A stretch of 64,000 nt of DNA from Lama glama (Eukaryota), in contig CM052816.1 in assembly GCA_028534125.1 (NCBI GenBank), forward strand, positions 5,582,001-5,646,000, in the 5' to 3' direction. A program made the position numbers and the translations under genes. Below, piece by piece: positions 44,401 to 57,500 of this stretch. Below the pieces are notes generated by a model, which did not search any database, was not told the origin of the DNA, and was given only the letters and a program-made list of their open reading frames with translations. Position 1 is the stretch's first letter. Every line of letters begins with the position of its first letter.

Positions 44401-46179
44401 TGACAGCCTTGATTGTGGTTGCAGGGTATCAGGGGATACTGCTCTGGAGGGGCTCCCCGTCCATGCAGTCCCCTGACTGCCTACAGTGCAGTGGTAAGAC
44501 CACACTGACCTGGGTTCACAGGCCATTCTGAGCATGGGTCTTTTGTGATTGTGTTGGTCACATGCCCGTGAAGCTGGCCCTGTCCATGCTTGTAAGCCTT
44601 TGGCCTAGTCTCCGTTCAGCCCATAGTAAGGCCTCAGTAAGTGGTCAGTAGAGACAGCCCGGCTTTGCCCACTGCTCATCTTAGGAATCTGCGAGTCCGA
44701 GCCTTCACGTGAGCTTGCATCTCCAGCCTGGCTCATGGGGGAGTCAGGGAAGGTGTTCTTACCACCTTTGTATGGGGAAGCTGAGGCCCAGAGAAGGGAT
44801 AGGACTTGGCCATGTTCATCCTGCAGCTGGTAACAGTCAGAAGTGAATGGTCATCTCCAGACTCTCAGTGCTGAGTATCTCAAGTTCAGCGCCCACTCTG
44901 GCCTCCTTACCTGGGGATTGTGAGTGACAACAGCTCATGCAGCTTCTGTCAGGAGCACAACCCCTCCCCCATCCCCTACTAGCTTCCTAACCCAGGCTCA
45001 ATGCCAGTCTCCTCCAGAAAGACTTCCCTGCCAAGGACCTCCCCAAGATATGTTTTTTCCATAGGCACATTCACCCCAAGTTTAGTCATATGTACTTTTA
45101 TTTCCTGTGCTTTTTATATTACCAAATATTTTGAGCACATTTGTGGTTTATTAAATATTTTAATCTTATTTATAATTGCTTCATAATATTCTGTTTTAGG
45201 AAAGCTCCGTAATTTATTTGATGAATCCCTTTTTATTAAGACACTCAGGTTCTTTCCAAGTATTTTTGCAATGACTGAAATGGGATGCACAAGTTCTAAG
45301 CTGGGGATAATCAGTACTTGGCTCATGGGTCGTTGTGCAGATTAAGTAAGTTAATATAAGGATAGCCTTTAGGAAATGAAATAAGTACTGTATATGCCAA
45401 GGTTATTCTGTTAGGTCTATTATTTTGATGATGCTATAGTTGCTACCATCTTATACACATCTGTGAACATGTAAGTGATTATTTCCTGGGTCAGGTCACA
45501 AGGGAGAGCATTGTTAAGGCTGGTATAGAATGTGTCCACAATATATGGAGGGTGTACCCTGCCACTGACAGGGAGACCAAGAGGACAAGGGGGAGGGGTG
45601 GGATTGAGCCCCAGGCTTTGACTGGAAACATTTGTCATGATCTGACTCTGATGCCTGAGGATGTTTGGACAACGAGTTTGCCCACCTCACAGCTAAAAAG
45701 AGGAAGAGTAGAGAGCATGACAACTTTAGAGAAGCCCCAGAGAGCACCTGCTAGCCCAGCACAGACAGAGTAGTTTGCCCTGCCCTCTCCAGATCATAAG
45801 GGGATTTTCTCTCTTCTCCTTGCTCCTGCTATGACTAGTGAATTTGGGCCTTGGATACAAGGGAGTTGAGATAAACTTGGGTGGGACCACCGAGTCTTCA
45901 GTAGCCAAAAATCTGCAATATTAGGCTGTCACTTCAAGTCAGCACCGAGGAGAGGAGCAGGGAGGGTTCATAGCTCCCTTTGTGGTCAGCCTGCCCCAAA
46001 TACTTCCTCTGCCAACTGTCTTCCATTATGGAGTTGTGACTTTGTGATTTAAAGATTATTTGCCTTTAGGATGTCCTTTATTCAACACAAATAATCAGGG
46101 AAGATAAATCTTTCGTAGAGTGATAGAAGCATAGAATTTCAGAGATAAAAGGGAGCAAGTTCCATCTGGTATTATTCTA

Positions 46180-46375
46180 CAGCAGGAATTCTCAAACATT
46201 CATTTGTGAGTCGGAATCCTACATCAGAATTACCTGGGAGCTCAGTAAAAAGATAGATTTCTGGGTCCACAGTCTGATTCAGAGGGTCCTGAATGGGTCC
46301 CCGGAATCTGCCCCTTTAAAAATCCCCCAGGTTATTTGTGCTGATACAGGTAGGCTACACTTTGAGGAACTCTAT
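46180..46375. mobile_element. MER5A-like hAT MITE
   Basis: ATTCTCAAAC...CATCAGAATTACCTGGGAGC...GGAATCTGC...CACTTTGAG. Confidence 0.6.
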
Positions 46376-48131
46376 AATATCCCTAGCAGGTTGGTTGCCT
46401 TTAGTGTTGGGACCTCACCACTTCAGGAGACAGCCTATTCCATTGCAGAACAGCTCTGAGTATAAGAAAGTTCTGCCATATGTGGAGCTGCAATCTGCCT
46501 CTGTACAAATTCTACCCACTGGTCCTAACCCTATCTACTTGGACTGTGCAGAGAAAGTCCAGTTCCTCCAGACTTTGATGGGCAGGAGGATTTGAGAGTT
46601 ATGCATCCATGAGTGTTTGTGAGTCAGAGGTGCACTGGAAGGGAGCACCTAGGTCTCTGAGCTGGCTGGGCTTGAGAAACTCATTTCCCCCTCTGGCTGG
46701 TGTGGGTGCCTCCTTCCAAACCCAGAAGGAGGCATCCCCAAGTCAGAGGGCAGATTCCCTGGGAAGGAGGAAAGGAGTCCTGGGGCAGGTCAAGGGGCTG
46801 TGAAAAGGATTCCGGTGACAGGGGTGGGGCAGGTGCCTGGCCAGGCATGGTGGTGGGGGAGTTCCAGGATCCAGGTTCCAGCCCAGCTCTGCCTCTAACC
46901 CCCCAACAGATCCTGAGCGAGTCCCTGCCCTCTAGGGCCTCAGTTTTCATATCTACGCAACCATCCTTTCTGGTCCTCTTCATTCTGAAATCCCATGTTT
47001 AAAGCCCAGCTCTTTCTGATCTGACCTCCTCTTTGCTACTCTGGCAAGTTGTCTGGTGAGGGTAGCAGGAGGGGAGGTGTCAGTGTTCTCAGGAGAGAAT
47101 CTCGAGACCAAGGCTGAGAAGCAGCATGTGAGCCGTCCAGCAGAGTGGCCCTTGTGAACGCAGGGTAGGGATGAGTCATGAAGAACAGAGAGGTAGACCT
47201 TAGTGGCCGTCCCTGCTCTGAAACAAGGGGTCCCAGGCTGCAGGTCCTGGGAGACTGTGCTCATGGGGCTGGAGGCACCCTCCCTGTGGGGCTCTGCCTG
47301 AGGAGGGGAGCCCTCCAGGCTTGTGGGCTGTTTGAGGCCCGGCTGAGGGAGACAGAGTAGGAAAACCAGGAGGGTCAAAGGGTCCTTATTCTGCACCCCA
47401 CCCTGGGTCACCAGCTGACCCATCTCCTTTTGTTGGGGGATACCGGAGGTTTTAGGCAAAGAGAACCCTATATGAGTACTGACTCTCTGTGAATTTTGGG
47501 GAAATTCCTCTCACCTCCCTGAGCCTCTGTTTCTTCATCTGTCTAGTGAGCTAGCAATACTGACCTCATGGGGCTGCCCGTCATAGAAGGCAATGTCCAT
47601 AAATACCGTCTGTAAACCAGAACGTGCCAGGAAGATGCCAGCTGCTGTCAGTCTATTTGTTCTCAGGTTAGTGTGCACAGAAGCAAGAAATCTCAGTCAA
47701 GATGGATTCTGTCCTAAAGTGCCAGTTCCTGGGTTCTGGATTACCTGGGATTTTTTTCCCTCTTTAACCTAGGTATGACCTTGCAGGGGCTGTGTCTCAG
47801 AGTGTGACAGCTGAAGGAGCCAGCTCAACAGGAAACTATCCCCAGAGTTGCCATAAGTCTGATTAGGATTTACAGGAAAAGAAATTGTCTGTCAGAAAGT
47901 CTGGAGCCCCAGGCCAAGAATACTGGGGTGAGAGGCCATGGCAGCATGAGCAGAAATGGCTACCAGGGACCGTACCTATGGGGGTTGTTAAAGTGAGAAT
48001 GGCCAAAATCAGGCATGCCATATGGACAGACATCATTACACACACCAGGTGCTCAGCATCCTTTCCCGCAGCCCACACCAGCCCAAAGTTGCCCCAGCCT
48101 GTATGGTGCTTAGCAGAGGCCCCAGGTTTAG

Positions 48132-48543
48132 GCCTTTACGGTTTAGTTTAACGCACCACGCGTAAAACCTCGGTTTCCATGGTGTTTGGCTCCATCTTCT
48201 GGTCAGTCATGATCACTGCAGCTTTTTGCAGTGTTGCCATCCACTGTGGACATCAGGTAATGTCGAGGCTTTCAGGAGAGTGGGGCGGGATCCTTGCTGA
48301 CCCAAGGGGCAGGAGGTGTGGGTTGATTCACAGCTCTGCCACTGAGCAGGTTGGGTACCTTGAGTCCATCTCTTACTGCCTTTATGGTTTAGTTTCTGCA
48401 CCTGTAGCTTAGAAAACGCACCACTCACAAGACCTCGGTTTCCACGGTGTTTGGCTCCATCTTCTGGTCAGTCCTGATCAATGCAGCTTTTTGTAGTGTT
48501 GCCATCCACTGTGGCCATCCGGTAATATTGGGGCCTTCAGGAA
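48132..48543. repeat. Two-copy direct repeat (~150-165 bp, offset ~265 bp)
   Basis: 48132-48277 aligns to 48378-48542; both contain GGTGTTTGGCTCCATCTTCTGGTCAGTC and AGTGTTGCCATCCACTGTGG. Confidence 0.95.
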
Positions 48544-50649
48544 AATTCTGGCTGTTCTAGGGGTTGAGGGTGTGGAAGGGCAGTACCAGAGATGACCTGA
48601 AAGTACAGGAAATTACTATGGCCTCTGGGTCACACGGGCTCTCTGCTGCTAGTGACTGGATGGAGACTCAGGGAGGCAGCCAATGCGGGGAAGCTCCCGG
48701 GGCCAGTAGGAAGGACATTGGAGACCACAGAGTCTAACCCCACCAAGTACAGATAGGGAAACTGAGGCCTTGGGAGATGCAGGGACTCGCTCCAGGCCAC
48801 ACACTTAGGTTCTAGGTCTCCTGACACTGTAATCCACTGGCTTCCCATCTGCCTGGCTGCCTCCCCTTTCTCTGAGTCTATCCCAGGTCACTTCTTCCCA
48901 TCCTCCTGAGACAGGGTCTGCTCAGTAACTGCACTGCCCCATCTACTTGCTCCACCACAGCCCACCCTCTGCTTGTCCTGGCTCCAGCCCTGACTGAGTG
49001 GGGTGGTCTCTCCACCTCCCCACGCCAGGGTTTTCCCAGAGGAATGTGGGGCACAGAAGGAAGAGGGAGGTGGAGACCTGCACCTCCTCCAGCTCTGCCC
49101 CTCTTCCAGACCAGCCTTTCTGAAACTCAGTTTCCCCATTCAACACACAACCAGCCACAACACCGGATTGCTGAGATTAAATGAATAGTTGCTGTAAGGA
49201 TGCTTTGTGGATTCTTGAGCCTTCTATTAAAGCATTAAATTTCCAGATCTGTCTGGGTCCTCCCCATGTCAAATAGGACTCCAGGTACTAATTGGGCTAA
49301 TTGGGACCCAATTAGCCCACAGACTATGGGACCCCCTTCAGGAGGAAGAATGAGCTGTTTTTCTAATATGGCTTTATGTTCTGAGGCTTCCTGGCGGAGT
49401 CTAGGGTTGAACTCCTTCCTCCTGCCCAGATCCTGCTCATTTCTGGAAGATGAGTGAGTTCGAGTCTAAAAGAGTACCTTAGAGACACTCCCAATGACCC
49501 AGAAGCTAGCTTTTGGAAGCCCAGGAGCTATAATGGCAGAGGCAGAAGAGGATCAGTTGGTCCTAGTGTCTTCCCTTTCCTTGCCTGGATGTCAGATCCA
49601 TGGCCTCTAGTTTAATGAGTGAGGCCCAGAGAAGGAGATTGGGGAAGAGGGGAAACCCTTCCTGCTTGGGTCTTGAGCTCCCAGTACAGTCTTGATTCTG
49701 TATGAACTTCAGAGAGCTGGAGAAACAGGAGGCAAGAAGGGATGCTTGAGGTCATCCAGAGCATCCCTGCCTTTCTTGCATGCCCCCCAAAGTGGGGAGA
49801 TCACTACTTTTCTAGGAAGCCTACTTCCTCTTCAGGCAGCTCTAACCATTTGAAAAGTCCCACTCAGTGAGTCTAGAGGGTGGTTCTGAGACCACTTGCA
49901 TTGCAGTCACCTGGGATGACTTGCAGAATCAAACCATCTGGGACAGGCCTGTAACCTGCATCTCTAACAGCCTTGGCGGGTGAGAAGGCACGGTGAACTT
50001 CAGGAAGCACAGCTTCACCTCTGTTGCACCAGGAATGACAGCCCCTGACGCTCAGCGTCTGCCCTCGAGATAGCTCCACTGACCGTTTCTGACTGGATGT
50101 GGTTTTCTCTTTTCTCAGCGTTCTGCTCTGATACTTTCTACGTTCTTCTCTCTTTTTCCTGGTCTCCAGGCCTCTTTTGTAAATAGAACGTCATAGGATT
50201 TGGGGGCTAGAAGTGTTCTTAACAGACCACCTTATCCAACTCCTCATTTTATAGATGGAGTATTTGAGACTCAAAGAGCGGAGTGTCTTACCCGAGGTCA
50301 CCCAGCTGTTCCGTGGAAGCTGATAGGAGACCCAAACCTGTGATTCCTAATGCATTCTCTTCCCCCCATGTGGTTCTGTCCGGCTGTCAAAGCTGCCTTG
50401 TAGGGTGAATGCACATTCCAGGCCCTTAGGTGAATCCACTGTGACATTATCACATGACTCTCCCTGGCCAAAACTGATTAGACCAGGAGTGGTCATCTGA
50501 TCTCTGAATTGGGTCAGTCAGATTTTCTCTTAAAAGAGAGTTGTTGCTGAGGGTCAAAGCTGCTACTGAGTGCTAGGGCTAAGAGGTCAGGCAGAGTCCA
50601 GGGTTGGGGATTGGGGTGGCAAGTTGTGTACCATGTATGCTGAGCAGAT

Positions 50650-50940
50650 AGACAAACATGACCGGCAGAGAGAAACACACCAGAAGTGGGAGATTGCACA
50701 GTGAGAGAGAGAGAGGGAAAAAGGGAGAGAGGGTGAAAGAAATTGCAATAAAGATCAGAGAGAGACAGAGATGCACATACATACAAAGAGATGGAGAGAG
50801 GCAGAGAGATATAAACACAGAGACACACAGAGACATGGAGGGACTGGACTAGGGATGTGGGCGAGAAAGAGAAAGAGAGAAAGATTGATTTAGAAAGAGA
50901 CAATGAAAGAGAAAAAATCAGGGAGACAGAGACACAGCCA
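50650..50940 (+). repeat. GA-rich low-complexity tract
   Basis: Degenerate (GA)n/(GAGACA)n run. Confidence 0.85.
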
Positions 50941-51625
50941 ATGGTACTTGCTATTTGTTTTTTCCCAAGGTCTAGTTGCCCCATACCCTCTCTTCTCCCT
51001 GTCCCCTCTGCCCTTGCTTGCATTCCCAAGAAGCCCCGGAATCTTTTCCCAACCATCTTTACACCTGAGTGAGCTTCAGCGGGTTTCTGCCTCTAGCAAC
51101 GATGAGATTCCCAACCAGCCCGGCCCCAGAGGTGGCTTTGGGGGGTGTGTGGGGGGCTCAGAGCTCTGCCGGGGAGCAAATGTTGCAGGCTGGGGAAGCA
51201 AATGCTGCATTCTGCTCAACAGACCACCTGTCACATCTCGTTACCTCCAGGACATGGAGATGACTCTATTCCTCGGCAAACTGCAGCAGAGCCGCCAGCT
51301 CCTGGTGGTTGGCTGATCTCATGTCTGCAGTAGCCTTCCTGGGAGCGGACCCCCTGCTGGTCCAGAGCTGAGTTAATGAGGCTCAGGCTGTGCTCACTGG
51401 CACCCCCAGGCCTGCGCTCACCTGATGGCCTTCCTTGCCTGGGCCTGTCTTCTCTGTCCAGGCCAAGCCCCACTCGCCTTTCCCCTCCTCCAGGAAGCCT
51501 TCCTAACGGCTGACCCTCCAGCACACACTAATCCTTCTCTTTCTGCACATTCCCAGTGCCTGTCTTCTCTCTTTTGTCCTGTACGCATATTGCTCCATAA
51601 TTATGTCACATAAAGGGCTATTACT

Positions 51626-51710
51626 GGGACAGGTGGTATATAGCTCAGAGCACATGCTTAGCTTGCACGAGGTCTGGGTTCAATCCCCAGTACCTCCATT
51701 TAAAAAAGGG
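51626..51710 (+). mobile_element. tRNA-derived SINE (vic-1-like, short)
   Basis: TATAGCTCAG...GCACGAGGTCTGGGTTCAATCCCCAGTACCTCC; GGGCTATT repeated on both flanks. Confidence 0.8.
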
Positions 51711-53563
51711 GGGGGGCTATTATTCTGAGTTATAATAAGCCCATTGAGCTTACCATGGGCATGGAAATCACTAAATTTGTATTGTTTTGGATAATTGGAG
51801 CTGTTCGTAATATAGGTTATTTGGATGCTATGAATCTCCCAGCACTTTTATCTAGTAACTCATTTGATCCTCATGATTGTTTACAGACCAGGAACCAGAG
51901 GCACAGAAAAGTCACTTGCTAAAAGGTTATGTCTCTAGTCAAGGGCAGAGGGCAAAGGAGATTTCATGGCAGATTCCTCCCCCTTCTCACTTGGCTGGCC
52001 AGTGCCTAACAGGCCACCATTGGAATTTTGCTTTAAAGCTGCAGTTCCTATAAGATACAGATACTTCTTTTTAACGAAGTGAGAAAAAGCTCCCAGACCA
52101 TCATGAGTTGCCTCCTTGAGAGACAGACATTTGAATAACCAGTGCCCTCTGGTTTGCTAATGTGTCCTATGGGATGCTAGTTCCTTGGGATGTTAAATAG
52201 CTTTTACTTAAAAAAAAAAAAAAAGGAAAAAAGGCAATTAAGTGTGGGAAACTGTTAAGCTGTTGTCCTGTTCTTTACAGCATGACTGCTCAGTGCCTTA
52301 GCATGGGGGGAGTGGGGAGCACCGTGGGTCTCTAAGAAGGGGAGAAATGTGTTATATTCACATTTGACCCTGGCCTCCGTTCTTAAGGTCACCTCACCAA
52401 TCAGGCTTCCACGGACCCTTTTTGTAGAAGCGCTGCCTGGACTCACTGGATAACCAAGTCACCACAAACCACTTCCGGTTTGTCATTGCTTCCTGTGGAC
52501 ACATAACTGGCTGTCCTTCGTTTGCATTTGGTGGCTCTGCCTACCAGGTGGCTTCTCAGGTCGGCAAGACAGACTGACCCAAACTACTCACCTTGTCCTG
52601 CCTGGACTCCCTGTCACCGACCAGCTTCCTTTACAGGGTCAGGACCCCCGGTCCCTCCTGTCCTTGCCTGACCTCACTCTTCAGCGCCTCCAGGGTACTA
52701 GGACCTGGAGGGGTGCCTGGGGGGATCACAGCCTGTCCCTGGCTTAGGGGGTCTGCTTGAGTGGATCAGATGGACACTCAGGGAAGGGGAGGGACAAAGG
52801 ATGGAGGGAGAGCCCACTTCTAGCTGCATGGTGGGGTGGGGGAGCTGGGATTCTGGGAGGCCACCCAGGGAAGTTCCACTCAGAGCTGGGCCTGGAAAGA
52901 TGACAAGAGAAGATGTGTGGAGCTTGCAGTTCAGAACAGGCAGAACTCCTGGAGTGCCCTGACAGGTGCCCTGACCCCCTTGACCCCTCTCTGGCTGTGG
53001 AGACTGGTAGAGCCTGAAGCAGCTGCTAAGAAGGGGTTCCAGGCAGGTGAGGCCGCCAGGGCCCCAGGATGGGAGGTGTCCTCCTTGCTCTCCTCCTCCA
53101 TGGCTGACCCTCAGCAAACCTGGCAGGGAGGCAGCATCTGTGTCTGGGACTCTGGAGGCCGGGGCCAGGTTTGTCTTGTTCTTACTGTCCCCCCAGCACC
53201 TGGAGAGGGACCCTCGGACTTTGCTGGGTGAATGGCCCTCCATCCCTTTTCTCCCTGCTGTGCTTTCCATTTGCCCAGGACCTTGTTCTGGCCCCTACCT
53301 GTGAATCTACTGTGGAGTGAGCTGCCCCAGAAACAGTGTTGTGTTCACATGGAGCTCTTGAAGAGCAAAAAGACTTGAAGGTTCACAAGTGGGTTTTCAA
53401 GAATCAAGCATCCTGAACTGTCAGGGTCAACTGAGCATCGGTAGGGCGCCGGGTACCCAGAATGACAGCCGGTCAGGACTGTGACTACGAGCCAGACCAG
53501 CAGCAGAGGGAGCCTTCTATGTAAGTATTGCTGAGTTCCTTTGTGAATAACATCAGTCATGCA

Positions 53564-54588
53564 CGGTTGTCCCCTCTTATCCTTGGTTTCGCTTTCCGCA
53601 GTTTCCATTACCCATGGTCAACTGAGGTCCAAAAATATTAAGTGGAAAATTCCAGAGGCAAATTGTTCATAAGTTTGAAATTGTGCACTGAGTATTGTGA
53701 TGAAGCCTTACATTGTCCCACTTGGTCCTTCCAGAACGTGAATCGTCCCTCTGTCCAGCTATCCTGCCCGTTAGTCACTTAGTAGCTGAATTTGTTATCA
53801 GATCAGTTGTTGAGGTATCATGGTGCTTGTGTTCAAGTCACTCTTTAAAAAAGTTTTTTACTGAAGTATAGTTGATTTACAATGTTGTGTTAGTTTGTGG
53901 TGTACAGCATAGTGATTCAGTTATACAAATAAGTGTTCTTTTTCATTATAGGTTATTACAAGCTATTGAATATAGTTTCCTGTGCTATAGAGTAGGTCCT
54001 TGTTGTTTATTTTATATGTAGTAGTTAATATTTGCATATCTCAAACTCCCAATTTATTCCTCCCCTCTCCTTTCCCCTTTGGTAACCATTAGTTTGTTTT
54101 CTATGTCTGTGTATCTGTTTCTGTTTTACAAATAAGTTCATTTTTATCATTTTTAAGAGTTCACGTGTAAATGATACCATATAATTGTCTTTCTCTGTCT
54201 GTCAAGTCATTTTTATTTTACTGAGTTATGGCCCCAAAGCCCCAGAATAGTGATGCTGGAAATTCAGATCTGCCAAAGAGAAGCCATAATGTGCTTCCTT
54301 TATGTGAAAAAGCAAAGTTCTTGACTTAATAAGGAAAGATAAGAAATTATATACTGAGATTTATGGTGAGAATGAATCTCCTATCTGTGAAATTGTGAAG
54401 AAGGAAGAAGAAATTTGTGCTAGTCTTACTGTTGCAGCTCAGATTGACAAAGTTACGACCACAGCGCATGATAAGTGGTTAGTTAAGATGTAAAAGGCAG
54501 TATAAATAGGATTCAGCACTCTCCGTGGTTTCAGGCATCCACTGGGGGTCTTGGAACAGATCCCCTGTGGATAAAGGGGGAGCCCTTG
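53564..54588 (+). mobile_element. MER44/Tigger7-type DNA transposon interrupted by an antisense L1 3' end (53843-54201)
   Basis: GTCCCCTCTTATCCTTGGTTTCGCTTTCCGCAG start and GGATAAAGGGGG end. The L1 insert is flanked by TCAAGTCA at 53833 and 54202. Confidence 0.8.
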
Positions 54589-57500
54589 CATCAGAAAGTG
54601 CACAGATTCTGGAGTCCAGCTTGCTTCAAGTCCCAGGCCCACTGAGGACAGTGTGAACCTGGTTAGGACTTGCTCCAGCCTTTGATTCCTTCTCTGTAGG
54701 AAAAGGAGACCGCCTACCTAAACAGATGATTGTACTCAGTGAGACAAGGCTTGCCAAAGTCCTGTGCTAGTTAACCAGCCGCTGCCGCACAAGGAAAGTG
54801 ACCACCCTATCTAAGGTGCTCCAGACCCTGGGCCCTCTGAACAGAGGTTCTTATGGGGTTTTTAGTTCCATATGCTTTCTATGTCGCTCTGAAACTCACT
54901 TCTCTGTAACACTCTCCCCTCTTCACACTGGGTTTTCATATTTCCCCCTGAGCCTTCCGTTTCAGTGTGACGGCCTTTCACATAACCTCAAGGGCATTGG
55001 TTGCATCAGCAATCTGAAGCCTGGTTTCCACGTCTGTAAAATGGCCACACGTTGGTTCCTGCACCACAGAGAGATTTTTGAGGACAAGTGAGAGAAGGTG
55101 TCTACATGTGTAGGATGCACATGTTCATAATACGGATATTACAGGTCTCTACATTTCCTAGCAGAGCCTGGCTCACAGGCTCCTTATTTAAATGCCTGGC
55201 ATTTCTAACCCCATTGCCCTGCTCCACACCAAATTGATATTATTTCTCACCGGGGAGATTAGAGAAGGCTTCCTTGAGCAAGGGAGACATGAGCTGGGCT
55301 TGCAAGGCCTGGAGAATTTCCAGAATTATGCAAGAGTGGGCATGAGCTTGGATGGCGTGGAGGGAGGTTTGGCACATAGGAAAAGAGGTGGAAAGTTTTG
55401 AAGTTTGCTCAGGGGACGGAGAGGAGGCCAACTTAACCTGAGTTGGTTTGTTGAGGGAACTAAAGGGAGATAAACCTGAATGAGTAGGGTGGGGATCTGG
55501 AATCTTAAAAATTAGATCTGGAGGAGGCCCAGGGGTCATCTGGCCCAGTCTCTTGCCTACAATGGGAATACAAATGTGTGACTTGGTAGTAATAAGAGAG
55601 ATGATCTGTGGTTCGACTCTGCTGTGTGTTCTTGGGCAAATTACATATAATCTCTGATCTGGATTTCTCCTTTGTGTAATGGAAATACTAATCTTTGCCC
55701 CGCCTGTCTGTAAGTGTCATGAGGATCTAGTGAGCTTTGGCTGAGGATTCACTAAGAGATGCTGGCAAAGGGCTCTCTTTTCTTCTGTGGGCCTTGATTT
55801 TCCTGTCTGCAAAATGAAGACCCCATCTGTCTCCAGGGTGCAGGGAGGCCGTGAGTCCAGCCAGGAGACTGGCACCCCAGAGGGGAGAGGAAGGCTCTGG
55901 GGAGAGAGGCTCTGCTGCTCTGGGCACAACCATGAATCTTCCCCCGTCTTGCCAGCAACTTCTCAGAAAGGACCAGCCTATTGTGGTGGCTGCAATGGGT
56001 CCCAAAGCTGGAGTCTCTCTCCTCCCTCTTACTTGGTGGGATGGGTTACACAGCTTGCAGGTGAGGAGCTCCTGTGGGAGTTCAGAGTCAGGCTCACCTG
56101 CCCTGCATACCCAGCCCCTGGGCATCTTGGCCCTTCCTGGAGGAAGGGGCTGGGGAGCCATGCTTGCTCCTCCTCTGTCCCCGTCACCTCTCCCCATCCC
56201 CTGCTGTTCTGACCACCCCTGCTTCTCCTGTCAGCACTGGCATTACAGTTTCCAAAGTGCATCCCCTCCTACTCCCACTGTGAGGCCCACCAGGCAGGAC
56301 TCTTGGCCACATTTCATGGGTATGGAAACAGAAACTGAGAGAGGCCAAAGGACAGGCCCTTCTGGTAGCATCAGAAATAAATATCCTGCCCTGGGGATCT
56401 TCGCACTGTGCCGTTGACTCTAAAACTTGGACTGTGAGAATCACATGGGGCTAAGGTGCAGACTCCTAGGCCATCATCCCCAGAAGGCAGATCCAGAGCA
56501 ACTTCAGTGGGAAATGAGGATCTGTATTTGTGACAAGCACTCAGGGATGATGATTCACCCTGGAGCTTGACCCCTGCACTGTACCTCACCTTCTAAATCC
56601 CAGGGGTGTGGGGCTGTGGGAGGAGAGGACCAGAGGAAATGACTTCTCATCATGTCAGGGACTTTACATGTATTATTACCCTAGAAGGAGACATTATTAT
56701 TCCCATTTCATAGATGAGAAAATTGAGGTTAAACAGTTTATCCAGTCTCACAGCTGGTAAATAGAAAAGCTGAGCTTTGAACTTGAGTCTTATAGCGCCA
56801 GAGCCCAAATCTCTTTCACCCAAACCTTTCCAACGGAATTATCCCCACCCCACCCCCATCTCTAAGGCTCCCACTCCATCATTTCTAGTGGGGATTAAAG
56901 GCCTCCAGCCGGTGGGAAAGATGTCTTTTCCTGCAAAGCTCCCTTTCTGCCAGCAGGTGACAGTGCTGGACTAAGTATGCGGGTAAGGGGTGGGCAGGCT
57001 AATTGGAGGACTATCATCTATTGTTTTCTTCAACTGGTTTTTCTTACAGCTGGTTCCCTTCCCACATTCTAGCCAAACTAGAATATGAGATTTGCATTTG
57101 CTGAGCTGGTGCTGTTTATTACCTCAGATCTGATCTTCCAGGCTGGAATGCCCCGCAAATTCTGTATCTTCCTGAGCCATCAATGATGTGGTGGCCAACT
57201 CGGAAGCTAGCCGCCACTGTAGTTTATATTTGCCAAGTGTAAGCTTGGAGCCCTTATGTGCTTTCTTGTTCTGTCCTCCCTACCTGCCAAACCCTCTCTG
57301 AGTTAGATGCTGTCACATCACCCATTTGTTCAGAGGAGGAAACTGGAACTCCGAGAGGCTCAGCTGCTTGGTGGAGGTCAAGATGCTGGTTAAGTGGCAG
57401 AGCCAGGCTCGGACCTAGAAGTTTCTGGCTTCAGAGCTGTGCATATAACTACTATGCTCCCATGTATATTGATGGGGAAACTGATGCGGGAGGAGGAAGG

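Noticed and set aside
48132..48543. CRISPR-like or ncRNA interpretation of the direct repeat
   Set aside because: Only two long diverged copies in mammalian DNA, with no repeat-spacer periodicity and no Pol III or snoRNA box architecture seen.
50514..51056. 180-aa minus-strand ORF
   Set aside because: It is the translation of the GA/TC low-complexity tract (SLSLS repeats).
52698..53270. 190-aa ORF and overlapping ORFs on both strands
   Set aside because: GC-rich stop-poor DNA, no recognisable domain and no convincing splice structure.
53460..53526. Possible lncRNA exon ending at TAT|GTAAGT
   Set aside because: An isolated donor-like hexamer with no supported acceptor or partner exon; such motifs occur by chance at this scale.
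55727..56417. Cluster of 140-190-aa ORFs
   Set aside because: They overlap in several frames and strands and partly cover MIR-like sequence, as expected of chance ORFs in GC-rich DNA.
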